A stretch of DNA of 64,000 nucleotides from Blastocladiella emersonii ATCC 22665 (GCA_025594325.1 JANHCV010000014.1:806001-870000), one strand, 5' to 3'; positions 26,441-37,602 are shown, counted from the stretch's first letter. The notes: a model not told the origin generated them from the sequence alone. Numbers and translations: made by a program.

Positions 26441-26977
26441 TGACGATGGCTCACCCGACTACATACAACCTGCGCGCGCACACACACTCGCGGGAATGTC
26501 GAATCCATCATACAAATTCAGGCGCATGTGCGATTGGTTTGGAATGCACTACTGATCCACTTCGAGCTTTGCTCGTGGGCCACACTACTGCGCGATACTG
26601 TCACTTTGGGTGTCGCCCGAATTGCGAATCACACGTGCAGATAGCTGGCGCGCCCAAGGGACGCGCGTCGCGCTGTTTCTGCAACGGAGACGTGCAGCCA
26701 CGCTCACACCCCAGTCATTTTAGAATGCAAACCGTGTCCGAACTTTCGGAGCATTTTTTTCAACTCTCCACCAGGTTCCAAGGCGAGTTAAAATGCTCAA
26801 GCTCGTTGAGTTATGTAGGCCGACTCGAGGAGGCCATGATACAGCTAGTCAGGGATGTGTATTCCTGCCTTCGGCCCCGAGCCAGGGCGGGATGAGGGGA
26901 GAGCGAATGATGAAGACGGAGAGCGGGGACTCAGGAGCGCGGCGGGCGGCAAGGCGGTTGCCGGCGACAACACACAC

Positions 26978-27645
26978 GATCAGGTGGTCGATCATCACAA
27001 TCACCACCGTATAAACGACGCGTAACAGAGGTGAGGGGAGCGCGAGTGACAAGGCGGGGAGTGGCGCCGCAGGAGCGCGACGGGCCGGTGTTGGGGGACC
27101 GAGGATCGAGAGGTACTGCAAGAGGTCTAGTCCAGAATCTGAGCGACGAACAGGCGTGAGCAACCACGACTCGGCCGATCCTCCGACTGACTGACACGAC
27201 GTTTCGTAGAACAGCAGGCCGATATAAAACTAGGATGGCGACAGGGAGTAGGGAACGGAGGAGGAGCTTCCCGAAGGGAGCGACGACGACGGGGAGAGAC
27301 GCAAAGGGCGAGCGGGAGGGGGAAAGTACCTGAGCGACGAACAGGCGTGAGCAATCGCGACTCGACCAATGCTCCGACTGACTGACACGACGATTCGTAG
27401 AACAGCAGGCGGGGAGCAAGGGCGGTCCGAGAGCAGCAGCCGTGACGACGCTCGGGGAGGGGAGGAGTGGAGCCAAGATTAGAGGTCGGGTGGGATCGCG
27501 TGACGGGGTGGCTCAGCCGAACGCGTCTCGCGCTGGACCACGCGGCACGACCATTCACCACACCGGGGAGATGGGTGTGGGCGGAAACACGCGTGATCAA
27601 GTTGTCGATCACCACGATCACCACCACATGAACGACGCGTAGCAA
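26978..27645. repeat. Degenerate direct repeats at the left edge of the spacer
   Basis: About 80-bp unit CTGAGCGACGAACAGGCGTGAGCAA...CGTAGAACAGCAGGC at 27139 and 27330 (191 bp apart); a second unit GATCA..GTCGATCA.CAC.ATCACCACC....AACGACGCGTA at 26978 and 27595. Confidence 0.8.
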
Positions 27646-27815
27646 AACTATGATCGCATCTTGTGGAGCTACCTCTCTCTTCTCTTGCGTCACGTTGAAT
27701 TCAAGTGGTACATTTTTTATGCAAGTACAAGGAACACAGCGGGATAGCAAGGAAGCAAGATGGAGCAAGAGGGAGCGCAAATTTAGCTGACGCTGAGATA
27801 CGTGGCGCACATCCA

Positions 27816-28910
27816 CTATGCCAACTCTCCCGCGCCATGCTTCGCGCAATCAGCATGGAGAGCTGCGCGAAACTCGCTCGACCGGGCAAGGCGACCTGCC
27901 ACAGCAAGGATCGTGGGGAGAAGCTGGTTGCGCGTCGCCATATCCGACATATCAGGATGTTCGAAAAGGACCGCGTGCACCGCACGAACCATCCTCTCGA
28001 TTGAGAAAACACCAGAGAGCGTATCAGCGGGAAGCATTGCCCAAACTGGGAACAGATCGGTCGGCTGCAAATTAATCAGCTCCTTGATCACAAATCGTGG
28101 TGCTGCAGCGCAAAGTTCTTGGACAAGAAACCCACGTTGGTAACCAGGGCCGCACACGTTGAGCGCCATTTCAGACACCAAATGCGAATGGGCCTCGGCG
28201 AGCGCGTTTTTCGAAAGCACACAATCAGATGCAGCGCGCGGCATGTTCTTGACAGTCAGCCTCAGTCGCGGGATCCTGGTCAGCACCAAGTTGAGAGCAT
28301 ACCGCCACGGCTCCCGCGTCCCGCTTGGCATGTCAGCAGGGCGCGGTTGCGGGTGGACATGAACGTGGCGGGGCTGAACACGATTCGGCAGCTGGTCCGT
28401 TCCTGCCATCAAAGCGGCCGAACTGGTCCAAAGTTCAGCCCAAAAAAGGTGCCGAAGCGGCAGCGAGGCGACGTACGTTTCGACGTCATAGGCGCCAAAG
28501 CTCAATGCGGATTGAACTTCCGGTACGATAAGTGTGTGGACGTGCCAGTGTGCAAAGGGAAGATTGACGTTGCGGCACCTTTGAGAGTGTAAGGCAATAG
28601 TAGCGGTCCTCGTCGATGGATCAATAAGGAGCGCCGCGAGCAATGGGCCAATGTGTCCTGCAACGTCAAGGTCCACACAAACTGTCCCGTTAGTGACAAG
28701 GCCACACGTCAACTCGTTGTACTGCCGGAATACAAGCAGAGGGGCAGCGTAAACGGTTATCATGGCGAGAATGTCGTTGAATGCGCCCAGTTTGGCAAGC
28801 GCAGAAAGAGCAATTGGGTCAAATATCATGGCTGGGGAACCGCTCGCCAGGGAGAGCTCAATGAGAGACTTGAGCTCCAACAGAATGCTGCGCGTGTCAC
28901 GCGAAGGCAA
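27816..28910 (-). pseudogene. 364-codon ORF of unknown function without a clear ATG; probably a decayed lineage-specific gene
   Basis: Long ORF with atypical codon usage; no in-frame ATG back to the upstream stop; no motif recognised. Confidence 0.35.
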
Positions 28911-29039
28911 GGCGAGCCCACTTGCCCAAGTCGTGTGACTCGAGCGGAAATAAGGATTTCCAGGTGACGAACAAGCCCCCAGCGTAAAGTGCGCGGCTAG
29001 ACAAGTGATTATTTAACTAACGAAGGCGACTCTGTGCAG

Positions 29040-29714
29040 TCAAAGTTGGTACATACCAGCAACGAACACATTCCAACGAATACGCGCTGACAGGCACTGC
29101 AAGAAGGTGTAAAGGTGCACCGAGTGTGCGCGTAAAAGTTGGACAAGCAGACCAGCACAATGTTCGGGCTGGATGCACTCGAACGGCACGAGTTGGAATA
29201 CGATCGCCGCATGGTCTCCAAGGCGACCTCTGAGAATGAGATCGACAATGCTAGTTCCGCGCCCCGACAGTGCTCGAGACGCTACAGAATGAAGCACCGA
29301 TGCATACCGCCCCGAAAAGGACTCGAGATCTTCGTAACGGCAAACAAGTTTGAGGGTTGTTGCGGCATCACACTTGTGTGAAAAAGCGTAAGCAGGCGAG
29401 ATCGATCGCTTTCGAGGGGCTTGCCCCATAAACCAATCGAGTGTGGCGACAACAAGTTCGGTCGGAAGGGAGGCGTGATAAGCGGACACAGCAAGCTTGA
29501 GGTACTCGCACCGGTCAAATTCAGCGCGAAATTGAGCGCGGTTGATGCCGTATTTTGGCTGCGCAAGGATTGGAATGACTTCGGGGCGCCACCACTTGAG
29601 CGCGCACAAAAGAAGATACTCGATGAACGATGGCTTGGAAGGACTGATAACGTTGCGGGGAGAGTGGTAAGCAAATTCGAAGAATGAGCCCATAGCGTTA
29701 TCGCGCCAATCCAC
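29040..29714 (-). pseudogene. Hypothetical or decayed ORF (224 aa)
   Basis: ORF with atypical codon usage and an overlapping coding-like frame (29282-29674), suggesting frameshift decay. Confidence 0.3.
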
Positions 29715-29822
29715 GTCGAGATCGACCCACAGCTCGAGCTGCAGTCAATGGTTCAAAATGCGCGTGTCTGAGATAGCATCCAGAAGGGTGGCAAGTCGGT
29801 CCACGCTACCGACAGCAACAAA

Positions 29823-30389
29823 CTACATGGCGAGCTCGTGAAGTGAAAAGAAGTGCGGAACAGGCGCTAGTTCGGGGTAAACGGTGGGGAAATCGTCGAC
29901 CAGGTCCTCGTAGTCGTACGGGTCACCAATACGCCACCGGCCAATCTCTGCAGCAGACAGAGTATCAGCTAGAGTTGGAGTAAAGCGAGAGATGATGTAA
30001 TCGGGTGTCGGCGTGTCAAACGGATCGCGGCCGGGGAGCCAACGGACGGGCTCACGGCGACGCGAACTGGCAAGGACCTTCTCGGTCTGTGCGAGGTTGT
30101 CGAGGTACAAAGTGAGTGGCATTGAGTCGTCTTGCCCCAAGCCCAGTTCGCAGTCGCCGTTGCCAATAGGCACAGGCTGCCAAAGGAAGGAGTTGAGCCT
30201 CCAAATCCGCTGTGTGCGAGGCTCGGACACCAGCTCGGCGAAGCCCCGCGTCGCAAGCAGGAGCGCGGAGCGGGGCGCAGCGAAACGGAGGACCTGCGAC
30301 GCGAGCTCAGCGGGAAGGTCGCCAAGCGAGCGGCGGTCACCTAGTCGGCTGTTGAGCATGTTGCATAAAGTCTCTTCATCCGTTTCCAT
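29823..30389 (-). CDS. Hypothetical protein with F-box-like N-terminal motif (188 aa)
   Basis: ATG start; RRSLGDLPAELASQVLRFA...LLLATRGFAELV resembles the F-box consensus L.DLP.EL...IL. Confidence 0.45.
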   Translation of the reverse strand: METDEETLCNMLNSRLGDRRSLGDLPAELASQVLRFAAPRSALLLATRGFAELVSEPRTQRIWRLNSFLWQPVPIGNGDCELGLGQDDSMPLTLYLDNLAQTEKVLASSRRREPVRWLPGRDPFDTPTPDYIISRFTPTLADTLSAAEIGRWRIGDPYDYEDLVDDFPTVYPELAPVPHFFSLHELAM

Positions 30390-31653
30390 GATTGCGTTGG
30401 TTTTGGTCGTCTCGAAGGAGGACGGATAGAGTTTTCAGCGGCCCTCGACGTGGAGCTCAAGTGTGGCGCCGAGACTGAGTGTGGCGCTCGAACGGTAAAC
30501 GTGATAAATGCGTGATGTCTCACGCCGTCTCACAGGCGCGTCACGCAGACGAAAATTTACCACCACACAGCTTTCGACTAGTACACGCGCAGGGATTTTC
30601 TCTTTCAGCCATGCCCTGCCTCGCACAGCGCTCGTTCCCGCTCTTTGGCGTCCAAAGGAAAAGTTCACGTTGAGCTGAGCTCACGTCGCGCCCAAGGCCT
30701 GTCGGAAGCCGTTGCTGCTGGTTATTCAGAATATTGCCGCGATCCACGTCAACAAGAACCAATGCGCCGAGCGCGTCGTTTGCAATGATTAACACCACGC
30801 ACGCCAACTTGACCCGCATCCTGAGGAGGAAACGAAACATGCTGGGTACATCGCCCGAGTCCTGGTCCACCGCGTCACGCGACGCGAGCACTCGCTGGCG
30901 CGACAGACCACTTCCTGCGCGATAGCGAGCGCTTGCCAGCATTAGCCATCACAGCGCACGTAAGCACGAGTATGTCTGGAATGCGCGCAATGGTGTGCTC
31001 GATGATACCCCTCCTGAAGGCAATAGGAAAGGCCGCGTTATTGGGGCAAATGGTTTTGGGGGCCGCCGCGCACGCTCCAACTCGAACACCGCTGGGTCCT
31101 CCTTGATCAACTTCCTTCTTGATCAACTTGGTACGCACCGCGGCCGCCATTGTGGACGCGCCGCTCGTCGCTTGGTTCCAGCAGATGTACGGCCACCTGC
31201 GCAAGCTCATCAACCCGCGTCTCGCGCTCCCCGCCGCAGCGGCCATTGCCTCGAGCGCCGTTTGGGAGCACGTGTGGCTCCCGCGCTGCAGCGCGATCGC
31301 TGAGGCCGCGCCAGTAACCCAAGACGTGGCCCTCCCGCCGCCCAGCGCGAGCGACCAGCCGCGCCGCCCTCCGCTGACGCGAGCGCACCGCGCGGCAACG
31401 GGCTACGCTCCGTGCTGCCTCGCGCCGCTCCTCGACCCTGACGACGAGTGCTGCCGCAGCGGCAGCCTCGCGTCGTACCCCGCGCTTCGTGTCGTTTGCC
31501 CGCTGCTCGTCCGCCCGGACGGGATCCCCTGTGGCGCTGACCGAAGACCTCGAGGCGCACCATTTCGATAATGTACACGGCGCGTGAGCCAAGGTGGACG
31601 ACGAGGGCCTGCGTCTCGGCGGTTGGCGCACAGCCAAGGGCCCGGCGGAAGGT

Positions 31654-31827
31654 TGTCACGGTTCAGTGATCCGACGGCTCGGGCTGGTGGCGCGGGCTGG
31701 TGGCGCAGTCCCTCATAAGCCGAGCGTTGCCCTCGCTCTCCCTCTCTCTTGTCATTCGTGATACAATCCTTCATTATCCGGCTAGTCATTCCTCGTGGCA
31801 CAAGACCCTCCCCCTCGGCACCTTACA
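31654..31827 (+). repeat. 5' LTR
   Basis: TGTCACGG...CCTTACA, identical to 36771-36944. Confidence 0.97.
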
Positions 31828-31881
31828 CTTTGTATCACCGTAAAACCCCCTCCGAGCGGTGATTTCTTCCACGACGGCAAA

Positions 31882-32958
31882 ATGATAACGCCGGCACAGT
31901 TCCTCGAAAAGCTGGCGACGTTTGACGTTGCGGCCATTGTCCCCGAGTACCAGCTCGCGCCGTGGCGCGACCTGGTCATGCCGTACGAGGACAAAGCCAA
32001 GCTCGTCTTCCTCGCGCTCAACGTCGCCAGCGACTACTGGCAACTGGGCGTGTCGACCGAGGCCCGCGCGGTCGCGGCCGAGCGGCGCGCCGAGACGGCG
32101 GAGCGCCGCGCGTATGCGCTCGAGGTCGAGCTGCGGCAGACGCAGCAGAGCCAGCCGCTCAACGGTATCCTGCAGGGCGAGCTCGACAGCATCCAGGTCA
32201 GCAGCGCGCGCGGGCCGGGCGTGGGCGTTGATGGCTTCACGCCGGCCGCGATGCACGCGCTGATGCGCATGAATTCGGTTGACGGCGTCAACTTCAAGGT
32301 CAAGAGCGCCATCACGCAGTACGAGAGCATCCTCCAGCTCACGTTCAACGTCCCGGAGAAGTTCAAGATTGCGCACTTCTACGGCAAGCTGACGGGCAAG
32401 GTGCTCGAGGCCGTGGAGCTGGCGATGGCCGGGTCCAAGTTTGAGGACTACGGCTCGTTCAACGCCTACATCTCCCCCGTCAAGTCAACGCAGCCGGCCG
32501 AGAAGTCGGAGACCGAGTACGCGCACGAGCTCAAGAACCTCAAGTACGTGCGCGGCGCCATGCCGGCGCGCGATTTCGTCTCCAAGTTCCGCCAGACCGC
32601 GTCCGGTGCAGGCTACCGCGCGCTCAGCGAGCTGGCGATGCAGTTCTACCTGGTGGTCACGGCCGGCAACTCGCCGCTGGCCGCGGACGTGGCCTTCGCC
32701 TCGCTGCGCAAGGGCTACCGTTTCGACAAGATGGTCGAGCACTTCCTGGTGCACGAGAGCGGGGCGACGGGCGTCGCGGCCGAGCTCGTCCCGGACCCGG
32801 ACGCCATGGACGTTGGCGCGATTCGGCAGCGGGCGGCGGCGCACCAGGGCCGCGCCCTCACCAACATCAAGTGCTACAACTGCGAGGGCTACGGCCACAA
32901 GGCGGCTGATTGCCCGTCGCCCCCGCGCTCGTCGTCGGGAAACGCCAGTCGGGCGTAG
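31882..32958 (+). CDS. gag: Gag with CCHC zinc knuckle
   Basis: ATG 31882 (MITPAQFLEK...); CYNCEGYGHKAADC; TAG 32956-32958. Confidence 0.9.
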   Translation: MITPAQFLEKLATFDVAAIVPEYQLAPWRDLVMPYEDKAKLVFLALNVASDYWQLGVSTEARAVAAERRAETAERRAYALEVELRQTQQSQPLNGILQGELDSIQVSSARGPGVGVDGFTPAAMHALMRMNSVDGVNFKVKSAITQYESILQLTFNVPEKFKIAHFYGKLTGKVLEAVELAMAGSKFEDYGSFNAYISPVKSTQPAEKSETEYAHELKNLKYVRGAMPARDFVSKFRQTASGAGYRALSELAMQFYLVVTAGNSPLAADVAFASLRKGYRFDKMVEHFLVHESGATGVAAELVPDPDAMDVGAIRQRAAAHQGRALTNIKCYNCEGYGHKAADCPSPPRSSSGNASRA

Positions 32959-35900
32959 CGGAGCAGGCCGCGACGTCCTCGAAGCCAAAACCTGCGGATT
33001 TGGGTGGTACAACGGCGATGGCCACGGCGGCCGCCGCCGCGGATAAGATGTCGGTGCCCGCCGACAAGAAGAAAAAAATGAACAAAAAGAAGAAACAAAA
33101 CATGAATGATAAGAAGACTAATGGAAAATCTGTTGCTGCGTACTTTGGTGCACTTGTGCGTCTAGAGATGGCGCAGGACCACCTGCACCTCGGCGGGCTC
33201 CTCGCGCATCCAGGGCTCCGCACGGCGCCGATCCCGACGTTCATGATGCTCGACACGGGCGCGCCGGCTAACCTGATCAGCCGCAGGGTGGCCGAGCAGG
33301 CCGGGCTCGTGCCGAAGCGCCTAGCGCGTCGCATCGACCTCCGCGGTGTCGTCGGGTCCGCGCCGGGCCAGCGCCAGTACATCTCGCATTACGTGCACGC
33401 GGCCGTGTCCGTCACGTCGCCCGAGTTCCTGCACGCGGCGGTCGCGGGATCCCAAACCGTGTTCGCGGACGGCGTCGTGCCTCCCGGCGACGCGTCCAAG
33501 CAGAAGCGCGTGGTGGGAGACGCGGGTCGCGCCATCGACATTCCGTGCCTTCATTGCTCGGTCGCGCGCTTCCTCGTCGTCGACTCTCCCGCGTTTCCGG
33601 TGATCATGGGACTCGAATGGATGGTCGCGAACGGCGCGAAGCCGGATCCGCGCTCGGCCACGGTCGCGATTGACGGCGCGTGCACTGGTCGCTGCGGGTG
33701 CCCGCCCGCCCAGCGCGTCACGGTGGCCACGGTCGCACCGCGCGTCGACCTCGACCCGCTCGCGTGGGACGAGGCGCACGGCCCGCCCGAGGCGCCAGAT
33801 GACGCGGCGCCGAAGCGCGTGCTGCCCGCCAAGTACCTCAAGTGGGCGCACGTCTTCGATGCCGCCGCGGCGTCCGCGCTCCCGCCGCACCGACCGTACG
33901 ACTGCGAGATCGAGCTCGTCGAGGGCGCCAAGGTGCCGTTCCTGCCCGTCTACGCCCTGTCGCAGCCCGAACTCGAGGAGCTGCGCAAGACCATCGACGA
34001 GAACCTCGCGCGCGGCTTCATCCGCCCATCGCGGTCGCCAGCCGGCGCGCCGATCATGTTCGTGCCCAAGAAAGACGGGTCGCGCCGCATGTGTGTGGAC
34101 TACCGCCGCCTCAACGCGCTGACGGTCAAGAACCGCTACGCGCTGCCGCTCATCGCGGAGCTCATGAACCAAGTGCAGGGCGCGCGCATCTTCACCAAGT
34201 TCGACCTGCGCGGCGCGTACAACCTGGTCCGCATCCGCGAGGGCGACGAGTGGAAGACGGCGTTCCGCACGCGCTACGGACATTATGAATGGAAGGTGAT
34301 GCCGTTCGGGCTGACCAACGCGCCGGCCGCGTTCCAGGCGTTTGTCAACGACGTGTTCCGCGACCTGCTCGACCGCCGCGGCGTTCTCGTGTACCTGGAC
34401 GACATCCTCATCTTCAGCGAGGACCCCGAAGAGCACACGGCGCTCGTCAAGGAGGTGCTGCAGCGGCTCGCCGACAACAAGCTGTACGTCAAGCTCGAGA
34501 AGTGCGAATTCGACGTGACGCGCGTCAAGTACCTCGGCCACATCCTGACCACCGAGGGCGTCGAGATGGACCCGGCCAAGGTCCGCGCCGTGACCGAGTG
34601 GCCCGCGCCACGGACGGTCAAGGAGGTGCAGGCGTTCCTGGGCCTCGCCAACTACTACCGCCGCTTCATCCCCGAGTTCTCGGAACTGACCATCCCGCTC
34701 ACCCGTCTTACGCAGAAGGACACGCCGTGGCGGTGGGGCGACACCGAGGCGGCGGCCTTTGCGGCCATCAAGACGCGGTTCGCGTCCGACCAGTTCCTCG
34801 CGCACCCCGACCCCTCAAAACAGTTCATTGTCGAGGCCGACGCGTCCAACTTCGCCATTGGGTGCGTCCTGTCGCAGGTCGACAACGAGGGCACGCTGCG
34901 GCCGGTCGCGTTCCACTCGCGCGCGCTCAAGGCGGCGGAGCTGAATTATCCCATCTTGGATAAGGAGCTGCTCGCCATCAAGGTCGCGTTCGAGATCTGG
35001 CGCCACCACCTCGAGGGCGCGCAGCACCCGGTCGAGGTGTACACGGACCACAAGAACCTCGAGCACTTTCGCACCATGACGGTCGAGTCGCAGCGGCACG
35101 CGCGGTGGGCACTGTTCCTTGAGCGGTTTTCGTTCCGGTTCACGTACCGGCCCGGCGCAATCAACGGGCGCGCCGACGCGCTGTCGCGCCGCGCCGACTA
35201 CGAGCTGTTTGACAACCCGATGCTCGGCCGCGCTGTCGTTCCCGCGTCGGCGCTCACGGTGGCCGCCACGGCCGCGGCCAGCGCGCCGCTCGTCGCGGGC
35301 ACGCAGGGCGACGACGTGCTCGCCGCGATTCGGGACGGCCTGGCGGAGGACGAGCTCGCGCAGTCGATGCAGCGGAACCCGGGCAAGCACCCGTCGCTCA
35401 CCATGGACCTCGACGGCTTCGTTTGGCGAGACGACCGGCTGTACGTACCGTCGGGCGTCGCGCGCACCCGGGTGATCGAGGAGGCGCACGCGACGCGTGT
35501 AGCCGGTCATTTCGGCGTCCAGCGCACCATCGAGAAGGTGTCGCGCTCGTACTGGTGGCCCGGGATGCGCAAGGTGATCGAGCGGTTCGTCAAGTCGTGC
35601 CTCACCTGCGCGCGGGCCAAGGTGCCGCGCCACCGGCCTGACGGCGAGCTGCAGCCGCTGCCCACGCCGCCGCGGCCATGGTCGTCGATCTCCATGGACT
35701 TCATCACGGACCTGCCGCGCAGCAAGGGTCACACCTGCATCATGGTCGTCGTCGATCGGTTCTCCAAGATGACGCACTTCATCCCGCTCGCCGCGCTCCC
35801 GACGGCCGCCACGACCGCCGACGCCTTCATCGAGCACGTGGTGCGGCCGCACGGGCTGCCCGACGACATCGTCTCGGACCGCGGGTCGCAGTTCACGTCG

Positions 35901-36770
35901 CGGTTCTGGTCGGCCATGTGCGAGTCGCTTGAGATCAAGGCCAAGCTCTCAACGGCGTACCACCCGCAGACCGACGGGCAGACCGAGCGCATGAACCAGA
36001 CCCTCGAGGTGTACCTGCGCATGTTCGCCAACGAGGACCAGTCGAACTGGGCCGAGCTGCTGCGGTACGCCGAGATGGCCATCAACAACACGGTCAACGA
36101 GTCAACGGGCATGTCGCCGTTCAAGGCCAACTACGCGTTTGACCCGCGGCTCTCGGCCGCGCCAGTTCGGTCGGATCGGGTCCCGTCAGCCGCCGCGCTG
36201 GCCGAGCGCATTGCCGACGTCCAGGGCAAGCTGCGCGAGAAGGTCGAGCGCGCCAAGGAGCTGTACAAGAAGCACGCTGACCGCCGCCGCCGCGAGGGCC
36301 CCGACTACAAGGTCGGCGACATGGTGCTGCTGAGCACCAAGAACCTGCGCGTCAACGTGCCCAAGGCCAAGCTCGGGCCCAAGTACACGGAGCCGCTCAA
36401 GATCGTGCGCCTCATCCGGAAATCGGCCGTCGAGCTCGAGCTGCCGCCGACCATGGCGCGCGTCCATCCCGTGTTCCACGTCTCGCTCATCAAGCCGATC
36501 GACGAGCACGACGAGGAGGCGTTCCCGGGCCGCGCGCTGCCGCCGCCAACGCCGTACGCCGTCAACGGGCACGAGGAGTGGACGGTCGAGGCGATCCGCG
36601 ACGCGCGCAAGGTCAGCCGCAGCGTCGAGTACCTGCTCAAGTGGCACGGCTGCCCCGAGGACGACAACACCTGGGAGCCGTACGCGAACCTCAAGCACCT
36701 CGAGCTGCTCGCCGAGTTCCACGCGCAGAACCCGTCAAAACCCGACCCGCGGAGGGGGAAGGGGAGATAG
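32937..36770 (+). CDS. pol: Pol (protease, RT, RNase H, integrase, chromodomain) in the -1 frame relative to gag
   Basis: LDTGA protease; RMCVDYRRLN and YLDDILI RT; EADASNFAIG RNase H; H..H..CLTC and SMDFITDLP/SDRGSQF integrase; C-terminal WTVEAIRD...EYLLKWHGCPEDDNTWEP chromodomain. Confidence 0.96.
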   Translation, partial: GKRQSGVAEQAATSSKPKPADLGGTTAMATAAAAADKMSVPADKKKKMNKKKKQNMNDKKTNGKSVAAYFGALVRLEMAQDHLHLGGLLAHPGLRTAPIPTFMMLDTGAPANLISRRVAEQAGLVPKRLARRIDLRGVVGSAPGQRQYISHYVHAAVSVTSPEFLHAAVAGSQTVFADGVVPPGDASKQKRVVGDAGRAIDIPCLHCSVARFLVVDSPAFPVIMGLEWMVANGAKPDPRSATVAIDGACTGRCGCPPAQRVTVATVAPRVDLDPLAWDEAHGPPEAPDDAAPKRVLPAKYLKWAHVFDAAAASALPPHRPYDCEIELVEGAKVPFLPVYALSQPELEELRKTIDENLARGFIRPSRSPAGAPIMFVPKKDGSRRMCVDYRRLNALTVKNRYALPLIAELMNQVQGARIFTKFDLRGAYNLVRIREGDEWKTAFRTRYGHYEWKVMPFGLTNAPAAFQAFVNDVFRDLLDRRGVLVYLDDILIFSEDPEEHTALVKEVLQRLADNKLYVKLEKCEFDVTRVKYLGHILTTEGVEMDPAKVRAVTEWPAPRTVKEVQAFLGLANYYRRFIPEFSELTIPLTRLTQKDTPWRWGDTEAAAFAAIKTRFASDQFLAHPDPSKQFIVEADASNFAIGCVLSQVDNEGTLRPVAFHSRALKAAELNYPILDKELLAIKVAFEIWRHHLEGAQHPVEVYTDHKNLEHFRTMTVESQRHARWALFLERFSFRFTYRPGAINGRADALSRRADYELFDNPMLGRAVVPASALTVAATAAASAPLVAGTQGDDVLAAIRDGLAEDELAQSMQRNPGKHPSLTMDLDGFVWRDDRLYVPSGVARTRVIEEAHATRVAGHFGVQRTIEKVSRSYWWPGMRKVIERFVKSCLTCARAKVPRHRPDGELQPLPTPPRPWSSISMDFITDLPRSKGHTCIMVVVDRFSKMTHFIPLAALPTAATTADAFIEHVVRPHGLPDDIVSDRGSQFTSRFWSAMCESLEIKAKLSTAYHPQTDGQTERMNQTLEVYLRMFANEDQSNWAELLRYAEMAINNTVNESTGMSPFKANYAFDPRLSAAPVRSDRVPSAAALAERIADVQGKLREKVERAKELYKKHADRRRREGPDYKVGDMVLLSTKNLRVNVPKAKLGPKYTEPLKIVRLIRKSAVELELPPTMARVHPVFHVSLIKPIDEHDEEAFPGRALPPPTPYAVNGHEEWTVEAIRDARKVSRSVEYLLKWHGCPEDDNTWEPYANLKHLELLAEFHAQNPSKPDPRRGKGR

Positions 36771-36944
36771 TGTCACGGTTCAGTGATCCGACGGCTCGGG
36801 CTGGTGGCGCGGGCTGGTGGCGCAGTCCCTCATAAGCCGAGCGTTGCCCTCGCTCTCCCTCTCTCTTGTCATTCGTGATACAATCCTTCATTATCCGGCT
36901 AGTCATTCCTCGTGGCACAAGACCCTCCCCCTCGGCACCTTACA
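36771..36944 (+). repeat. 3' LTR
   Basis: Identical to 31654-31827. Confidence 0.97.
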
Positions 36945-37602
36945 AAGGTGAGCTGGGCGCGCCATCTCAGTTGGTGTGGGAATCCGTGCACGCCATGCGC
37001 CCCGGCCCTCTGAGCGAGGAGACCTCGTCCGAGGTTTCCTAGCTCATGGCCGGCGCGCGGTGGGTGTGCGGCGGCTCCGTCATGGGGCAGGTTCAGCTCA
37101 TGGCCTGCTTTTGCCGCGGCGGACGGGGCCGTCGCTCCGGTCGAGAAGGTGGAGTCAGGAACGCTGCGCGCTTGGACCCTCCACGCAGCCGTGCTAAACG
37201 GGCTCTCGTGCGCCCAGCCCTTGAGGTCTCTTGCGAAAGTGATGTAATGAGCTCCCCCCTAGGTTTCTCTTCTTTGGTGTCTGTGTTGTTTTGTTGAGAT
37301 TCAAGCACGTGGAAATAGATGGGCAATGAACAGAAGAATTCTTGATCAACTTGGTCGTACTTGGTTGCGGAGGCGTTGAAGAACAGTACTTTGTTCAAAA
37401 AGCGGCATCGCGAATGAATGGAAAGAGTTGTGTCGCGCGTTGTTGCGCCGAAACCGCATGCCCAGCACGAGTCGGACACGCAAGTCAAAGGGCAAGTACC
37501 GATCTACGTGCTCATTGATGGAGCGAGTGCTGCGCGCTGGCCGCCCGCGAAGCGCGAGTGAGCTTGCCGCCTGCACCCGACTCGCCGGCCGCCGCGCTCC
37601 TG

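Larger units (their letters stand above)
31654..36944 (+). mobile_element. Intact Ty3/gypsy LTR retrotransposon (chromovirus), 5,291 bp
   Basis: Identical 174-bp TG...CA LTRs; 5-bp TSD AAGGT (31649-31653, 36945-36949); polypurine tract GGAGGGGGAAGGGGAG just before the 3' LTR; uninterrupted gag and pol. Confidence 0.98.

Noticed and set aside
26428-26895. 155-aa ORF in each arm (mirror 37779-38246)
   Set aside because: No coding bias or motifs; it appears twice only because of the repeat.
31683-31703. Two E. coli Chi sites (GCTGGTGG) in each LTR
   Set aside because: By-product of a 13-bp tandem duplication in a GC-rich LTR; RecBCD is irrelevant here.
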